From positions 1,952,001 through 2,016,000 of the forward strand of contig OY781964.1 of assembly GCA_963677485.1 (NCBI GenBank): a DNA stretch of 64,000 nucleotides, in the 5' to 3' direction. Positions 57,485 through 64,000 of this stretch are shown here, piece after piece. Below the pieces are notes generated by a model, which ran no database searches, was not told the origin of the DNA, and saw only the letters and a list, made by a program, of their open reading frames with translations. The stretch's first letter is position 1; each line of letters opens with the position of its first letter. Source of the DNA: Armatimonadota bacterium (lineage in GTDB: Bacteria > Armatimonadota > HRBIN16). The translations under genes were made by a program, and so were the position numbers.

Positions 57485-58339
57485 TCATCGGTTGGCTTCT
57501 GTATGACACTTCAATAACCCTCTCAGCCAGCTATAGGACATATACCCCTCGACGATCAATGGGGCAAATATCATCGACATAATAAAGGCTATCCAAAAGG
57601 CCATGTCTCTTAATTCCGATTTTGGCCATACAGCGATATGTACCGGCATATATGCCACGACGAAATATGCCAGTGCGCCACCAATAATAATGCGCATGAT
57701 GTGCCATTGTTGAGTTGTGACCCATATCTTAGCGAGGCTTAGGATTACTACAGGGAGCCACAGCATCATGAAAAACATATAACCGAATTCGTAACCAAAT
57801 CCTTCCGGCCCGAAGCCTAATCGAATTCCCAAGCCGTAAAGCAGCAACAGCATCAGTCTGTATAATACCCACATAAGTATACTGGCGTAGTAGGTCATTT
57901 TATCGCTTTCGGTCACTGGGTTCTCACTACAGATTGGCAGAAGGTGCTCTTTATGCCACCGCCAGGAGATGAAGCCTTCAATGATTAACGGCGAGGTAAT
58001 GGCGAGTATACCCAGTAGAATTGAATACTTTGTGACTTGCCACGGGCAAAAAGCAACTGTCGCTACGATAAAGGCAATCAGCAGATACAGTATCACGACA
58101 CCATGAATCATTCTCGTATAATGCCATACCATAGCAGGCATTTTCCATCCCGCCCACCAGACAACATATGAAGGTATTACAAGCGTTATTACGGCTACAT
58201 AACCTACAGTAAGATAGTATCCGTACGGGGTAAAGTTTTGATACGCTACCAGTATGTATACCACGAATAACAAAAGCCGATATGCGTTATATAACACACC
58301 GTGCGGCGGTTTGACCATATTAGCAATGAACCTCGTCAT
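57485..58339 (-). CDS. Hypothetical membrane protein with internal duplication
   Basis: Two halves share YRL, WH..R.I.G and PLI.EG motifs. Confidence 0.78.
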   Translation of the reverse strand: MTRFIANMVKPPHGVLYNAYRLLLFVVYILVAYQNFTPYGYYLTVGYVAVITLVIPSYVVWWAGWKMPAMVWHYTRMIHGVVILYLLIAFIVATVAFCPWQVTKYSILLGILAITSPLIIEGFISWRWHKEHLLPICSENPVTESDKMTYYASILMWVLYRLMLLLLYGLGIRLGFGPEGFGYEFGYMFFMMLWLPVVILSLAKIWVTTQQWHIMRIIIGGALAYFVVAYMPVHIAVWPKSELRDMAFWIAFIMSMIFAPLIVEGYMSYSWLRGLLKCHTEANR

Positions 58340-58535
58340 GCTATATTCCTAATTTTGGTATGAAAGGAACTAAGGGCGTGGGAGCCATCACACTTCGTAT
58401 GTCCTTTGCAGGCGTTGATTGCTTCATGTATCCGATTTTTGGCGGACTGCTATCAGCATACTGTTTTCACATACGTGTGTCAATGGATTTCAGCCAAAGT
58501 TTGCGGTGATTTTCGGGCAGGTATGTCATGTCCTA

Positions 58536-58817
58536 ATCTGCGGTATCAGCGTAATCTGTGGATTACCATTCCCATACCGTGCCAATAGCTATCCGCCATG
58601 GAGAAAGACCGGCGCGGTCTTAGGCCTACTGACATCGCTCGCATACCGCCAGACCGCCCCGGACATAGGCATTCCAGACCGCTCGGAAGGGCGGTTCGCG
58701 AACCGCCCCTAGTACGCGACACGTCGGCGCGATCATAACCCTTCGCGCCTTCGCGTCTTCGCGTGAGACTAAACCGGCACCTACGAAACCCTCCGCGGAC
58801 TCCGCGTCTCCGCGTGA
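58536..58817 (-). repeat. Mosaic array C-E-REP-F-H (modules on the minus strand)
   Basis: C 58536-58563, E 58578-58670, F 58739-58766, H 58791-58817. Confidence 0.9.
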
Positions 58818-58836
58818 GGCGCGCCGTCTGTGCCAT

Positions 58837-61494
58837 CTACCCCTTGGTGTGCAGATCCAATGTTTTCGGGTAAAGCCTGGGGACACCGCCGGTTAACTCC
58901 TGCCGAACGATGACCGCGCCATAGGCCTCCAGGCTCAACACAACCTGGGCTGGATTGGGCAGGGGGGTGATCTCCCCCGTGGCCAGGTTGCACATTTCTG
59001 CGGCACGAGCCGGCTGGCAGATCGTCACGCCGCCGCGCCAGCGCTTGGGGCTGTCGTTGATGATCAGGAACACATCATGGCCATCGATCACGCGCCGGGT
59101 TATGCGCACAGGAGCCGTCGGGTTGCTGATGACCACATCCCTGCCAAGCACGGCGTCCAGAACAGCGGGCAGCTCATTTACCATATGAGGCGGAAGGTAG
59201 ATGCCATACCCACCCTTGGTGTTCGAGGCCCAGCAGGGCGATTTCGCATCTTTCGGCGTCCCAAACATGCGGATGGCGCATGACTTTGCGGCTGCTGAGG
59301 GGAAGTCACGCTCGGAGTCCAGCGGCAGCGATCCAGCGGCGATGACCACTCCGCCGTTTTCCCAGAACCGCTCCAGGTTCCTCCACGCATCAGCGGGCAG
59401 CGTGTCGGTGTCCGGCAGCACCACCACCGAGAAGGCCAACCTGTGGTACTGCAGCTCGTTCTGGCTGATCTTGGCCTCAAGAAGCGTGCGGGTATCGATG
59501 TGGGAGAACTCTCGCTGGTGTTCGTAAAGCAGGTTGTTGACCTGCTGGTATATCTGAGCCAGCCGATCCATCATCGGACCGGCTTCGGTCACCTGGTGTT
59601 TGGATGGTTTGAATCGTGGCCAGGCGGATTGGATGGGATACAGCACGCCGATGCGGGCGTTGCGGGCTCCGCCCGTGAGCGCCATGCATGCGCGCCCTGT
59701 CCACAGGTTCAGCTCGTTGATGTCCGCCACAGACAGATCCCTAAAGCCGCTGTAGCTGTTGAACCGGTTGATGCCACCCAGCAGCAGGCGGTTAATGGTG
59801 CCGCGGAACTGCTCCAGACTCACGGGGATAGGCGGTTTGGCCATCATCTCCGAAAAGTCCGAGGTCTCGCTCATCACCAGCGTGCTTCCCTCAAGCTCGC
59901 CGGCACTGCTGGCCAAGCGTGCTGTGTACCATGGCGACTGGGCGGGAACTAATGAGAGCACATCGATGCCTGGCACATCCATTTCGCGCAGGCAGGCAAA
60001 GAAGTCGCCGTATAACGGAACGTGCTCGCGAAGGTCTTCCTCCAGCAACAAATGGCCGCCAGACGGGATGTTGTGCGCTTTACACCAGATGCGTATCCGC
60101 TCAAAATAGTTAGTACGCAACTGCTCTGCTACGGTCAGCCAGAAATCATACCGCGTGCGGGCGGCTCCCGGGCCATCGAGGAACAACAGCGGCAACTCGG
60201 CGGTCAACTGCCGACCTGTCCTCTTCGTAAAACCGGCCGCAAGGCTTGGGTGCCAGGCGATAGGGGCCCACGGCATCGCCCAGACATAATAGTCGGCGAT
60301 CAGCGATGGCTCATCCGTGAATGTGGAGACAAACACCTTACCCAGGTCATTGCCGATCTCTTTAGCGTATCGGTCGTGTGTGATTTGAATAAACGAGGCG
60401 ATCGCATCAGGGTCCAGCAGACTGACGTATGGTGCGTGTTCGGGAACACCGCTGAAATCAACCTGCGAGCCATCAAACAGCCGGTCCTCACTCACTGCGA
60501 GAAGCTGCCATCGGCCCTTAGGTGCCGTCCAGTCGATCTTGTTATCAACCGGCGTTGGTAGATCAATGGCGCTTTTCAGAAGGATACCACCCTGTTTGTC
60601 CATCTTGAAGGCTTTCGCTAACAACAGTTTACCAGGCGGCATCGGCAGATGATACACCTCCGGCTCTTTACCTGCCGGTGTGAGCACTTCGAGCTCCACC
60701 ACCCGGACGATGCCCTCCTGCTGGGCTGGACCCTTTTCGCCCAGGAAGCGTATTTGGCTGGTTTTGACGGCCTGCCTGGCCACATGCCGACGCTGCACAT
60801 CCCTGTTTCCGCTCACATCGGCATCGGCAAACTGCCGCCACATGCCGTTATCCATATATTCAATGGTATAGTCCTGAGCTTCGTAGCCTCTCATGGTGTG
60901 GAACACGATCTGCTTTACTGCGACCGGCGAATCCCACTCCAGCGTCAACCAGACGGGTTTCGTGCGCGAAGACGGATCGGTGGCAGGGTCATTCGTCCAG
61001 TGATTCCAGTCCAATGGGGCAGCAGCACCGTTGTTCACATTTTCGGGCTTATAGGAGCCGCCCGCCTTGTCGGTGCTGCTGGCGGTGACTTTCGCTAGCG
61101 GTCCCACATTCATCAAGCCATCAGAGTTGATTTCGCTGCCTTGGGTTGTGGCCAGCAAGGCATGGGCCTCCCGCTCAGGATGTCCTTCGAGCACTAGCCC
61201 CCCAGCTCTGCCAGAGGGATACCCCGCCTCATCATATAACCACAGATCAAGTCCGGCTTTGCGTATGGCCGCGATACCGCCGCGCATGGCGTCCCAGTTT
61301 GCAGAACTCGTGACGTATCCGCCACCAAAGTTGATGCTGTTCACAAACCCGCCGAACCCGTTCTTCAGAAGGTCATCAACCTGCTGCTGTCGGGCGGCTT
61401 CTGTGCCGGGCCAGCCGTGATTGATCTTCAAGATGCGGCAGGATGCGGGTGGGTTCTTGAACTGCTCAGTAAAGCGGGAACTATCTGGTGTCAT
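58837..61494 (-). CDS. GH106-like (alpha-L-rhamnosidase-like) hydrolase with inserted F5/8-type domain
   Basis: FKNPP, WLYDEAGYPSGRAGG, FTDEP, GHLLLEE, PGID, MSE motifs; start ATG 61494 with AAGGAG. Confidence 0.75.
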   Translation of the reverse strand: MTPDSSRFTEQFKNPPASCRILKINHGWPGTEAARQQQVDDLLKNGFGGFVNSINFGGGYVTSSANWDAMRGGIAAIRKAGLDLWLYDEAGYPSGRAGGLVLEGHPEREAHALLATTQGSEINSDGLMNVGPLAKVTASSTDKAGGSYKPENVNNGAAAPLDWNHWTNDPATDPSSRTKPVWLTLEWDSPVAVKQIVFHTMRGYEAQDYTIEYMDNGMWRQFADADVSGNRDVQRRHVARQAVKTSQIRFLGEKGPAQQEGIVRVVELEVLTPAGKEPEVYHLPMPPGKLLLAKAFKMDKQGGILLKSAIDLPTPVDNKIDWTAPKGRWQLLAVSEDRLFDGSQVDFSGVPEHAPYVSLLDPDAIASFIQITHDRYAKEIGNDLGKVFVSTFTDEPSLIADYYVWAMPWAPIAWHPSLAAGFTKRTGRQLTAELPLLFLDGPGAARTRYDFWLTVAEQLRTNYFERIRIWCKAHNIPSGGHLLLEEDLREHVPLYGDFFACLREMDVPGIDVLSLVPAQSPWYTARLASSAGELEGSTLVMSETSDFSEMMAKPPIPVSLEQFRGTINRLLLGGINRFNSYSGFRDLSVADINELNLWTGRACMALTGGARNARIGVLYPIQSAWPRFKPSKHQVTEAGPMMDRLAQIYQQVNNLLYEHQREFSHIDTRTLLEAKISQNELQYHRLAFSVVVLPDTDTLPADAWRNLERFWENGGVVIAAGSLPLDSERDFPSAAAKSCAIRMFGTPKDAKSPCWASNTKGGYGIYLPPHMVNELPAVLDAVLGRDVVISNPTAPVRITRRVIDGHDVFLIINDSPKRWRGGVTICQPARAAEMCNLATGEITPLPNPAQVVLSLEAYGAVIVRQELTGGVPRLYPKTLDLHTKG

Positions 61495-61754
61495 TTCGTG
61501 CTCCTTGTGCGTCAACCGGATGTCAGCCAAAGCGCGGAAGATGATCGACCTTGGTTACTTACAGTTTCAAGCCATGAGAGGGAAAATCCTGCCAAACAGG
61601 CTTCAACGCGCGGGTTATGGCGCATATGCGTTGTCATATGGCCTATTCGAGGCCTGCTCGATCATACTGGCACCTCGGTCGGATAGAATCTCATGTAGAA
61701 TGTATGCGTTCGAAGCCGCCGTCACCATTCATTCTCATTCTGCAGGTTAGCACT

Positions 61755-62576
61755 ATGTTTCTATCCCATTGGCCGCATCAACTCACCGTTCATCAATACG
61801 GCATTGCCACACACCATGAACCGGAGCTATGCATCGTGAGGGAGCGGGGGATGGACAACACCCTTGTCATGTGCTTCCGCACACCGTTCCGTTTTCATGC
61901 AGGCGGTGAGGTGCATACAGGTGAGGCCGGGGATTGCCTTGTCCATCCGCCAGGCACCCCGCATATGCATGGTCCGTTGCCCGGTGCCCCCGATGGGTTC
62001 ATCAATGACTGGCTTCATATTGAAGGGGAGGATGTGCCCTATCTGCTCACACTCTATGGTGTGAAAGCCAACAGTCCGATCACGACCGGAAATCCGACGC
62101 TGATTTCCGAACACCTGGCAATGATCCAGCGTGAGCAGTTTTCCCTTCAGGCGAACTGGCAAACTGCCGTGGAATTGAGCCTTCACAGTTTGCTTCTGGA
62201 GTTGGGCCGTTTTAGCCAGCAAAAGTCGGGCGATGAGAATCGCAGCGAAGTCGAATCACGGCTGGTAGAGGTGAGGATGGCGGTACATCAGCAGTTCAGC
62301 AGAGACTGGACACTGGAGCAGATGGCAGACATGGCATTTTTGAGTAAGGGACGATTCTCAGTGCTGTATACTCGCAGTTTTGGAGTCAGCCCGGTTGAGG
62401 ATTTGATCCGGCAGCGGCTTCATCACGCAGCTTATCTGCTGAGCAGCAGCCGGATCACAGTAAAGGAAGCCGCCGTGGCTTGTGGGTTCAACAGCATTTA
62501 TTACTTCAGCCGCACCTTTCACAGGCGATACGGCTGCAGCCCCAGCGACTATTCGCGCAAGGCCCACATGGGGTAG
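61755..62576 (+). CDS. AraC family transcriptional regulator
   Basis: Cupin-like N-domain; WTLEQMA...VKEAAVACGFNSIYYFSRTF..YGCSPSDY; start uncertain. Confidence 0.92.
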   Translation: MFLSHWPHQLTVHQYGIATHHEPELCIVRERGMDNTLVMCFRTPFRFHAGGEVHTGEAGDCLVHPPGTPHMHGPLPGAPDGFINDWLHIEGEDVPYLLTLYGVKANSPITTGNPTLISEHLAMIQREQFSLQANWQTAVELSLHSLLLELGRFSQQKSGDENRSEVESRLVEVRMAVHQQFSRDWTLEQMADMAFLSKGRFSVLYTRSFGVSPVEDLIRQRLHHAAYLLSSSRITVKEAAVACGFNSIYYFSRTFHRRYGCSPSDYSRKAHMG

Positions 62577-62598
62577 GGGGCGGCTTTGCGGGCAACAG

Positions 62599-62680
62599 GT
62601 CCTACTCGTCCTACTCATCTTACTTGTCTTATGAACCGGCTTTGTTATAGGACAGCTAGGACGAGTATGACGAGTAGGAC
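62599..62680. repeat. Inverted pair of module I (TCCTAC core, 9-nt period)
   Basis: GTCCTACTCGTCCTACTCATCTTAC... faces ...TAGGACGAGTATGACGAGTAGGAC. Confidence 0.8.
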
Positions 62681-62727
62681 TTGCTGGCTAGCTGCCACCC
62701 TCCTCTGCTCCTGTCTCCTGCCTCCCT

Positions 62728-62769
62728 AAAAACAAAAACACCCCCCGCAGCTAATGCTGCGGGGGGTGT
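62728..62769 (-). terminator. rRNA operon terminator
   Basis: ACACCCCCCGCAGC/GCTGCGGGGGGTGT stem plus U tract on the minus strand, just after 5S. Confidence 0.88.
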
Positions 62770-62779
62770 GAAAGATAAC

Positions 62780-62897
62780 CCCTGGCGATGTCCTATCCTC
62801 CCGGAGGCTTGCGCCCCAAGTACTTTCGGCGCTGGAGGGCTTAACGGTCGTGTTCGGTATGGGAACGAGTGTATCCCCTCCGCCGTGATCACCAGGA
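62780..62897 (-). rRNA. rrf: 5S rRNA
   Basis: Minus strand UCCUGGUGAUC...CCCAUACCGAACAC...GUUAAGC...GCCAGG, about 118 nt. Confidence 0.96.
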
Positions 62898-62990
62898 GAG
62901 CCGTGACGCGATTAGATCGCATCGGGTAGACATGGCCGCATTTCACACAACTTATCTATAGGCGGTGTGCGCCTTTAAAGTATCGGGCTC

Positions 62991-64000
<1,010 letters not shown>

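Overview
64 kb of a GC-rich bacterial chromosome, probably a diderm Terrabacteria member such as Armatimonadota (inferred from gene content, not verified). Core genes: rpsB-tsf-pyrH-frr, serS, menG plus a polyprenyl synthase, dnaG plus a sigma-70 factor, gatA, and the 3' end of an rRNA operon (partial 23S, 5S) on the minus strand. Accessory genes: a DUF5693-csaB-large beta-barrel envelope operon, two ABC export systems, several CAZymes (GH2-like with malectin, GH42-like, GH106-like, two GH172/DUF2961, GH43) and AT-richer islets of orphan membrane proteins. No transposase, integrase, cas gene or tRNA was recognised. The most striking signal is non-coding: most large intergenic gaps are mosaic arrays built from a small kit of reusable modules. 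Six module types are 2-5 tandem copies of one degenerate heptamer C-R-C-R-R-A-K at periods of 8, 9 or 10 nt. They are interleaved with a ~105-nt hairpin module, a 27-nt palindrome, a TCCTAC 9-mer repeat and diverse GTAG-REP-like hairpins, in shuffled order, and several arrays are closed by a convergent module. Other candidates: a ~190-nt terminated structured RNA or micro-ORF at ~38470-38659, a sigma factor with altered promoter-contacting residues after dnaG, Met/Gly-rich secreted paralogs, a circularly permuted malectin domain, a stand-alone GspF domain with CxxC, and a 23S rRNA with helix 78 reduced to a GNRA mini-hairpin. All calls come from reading the sequence by eye; no searches were run.
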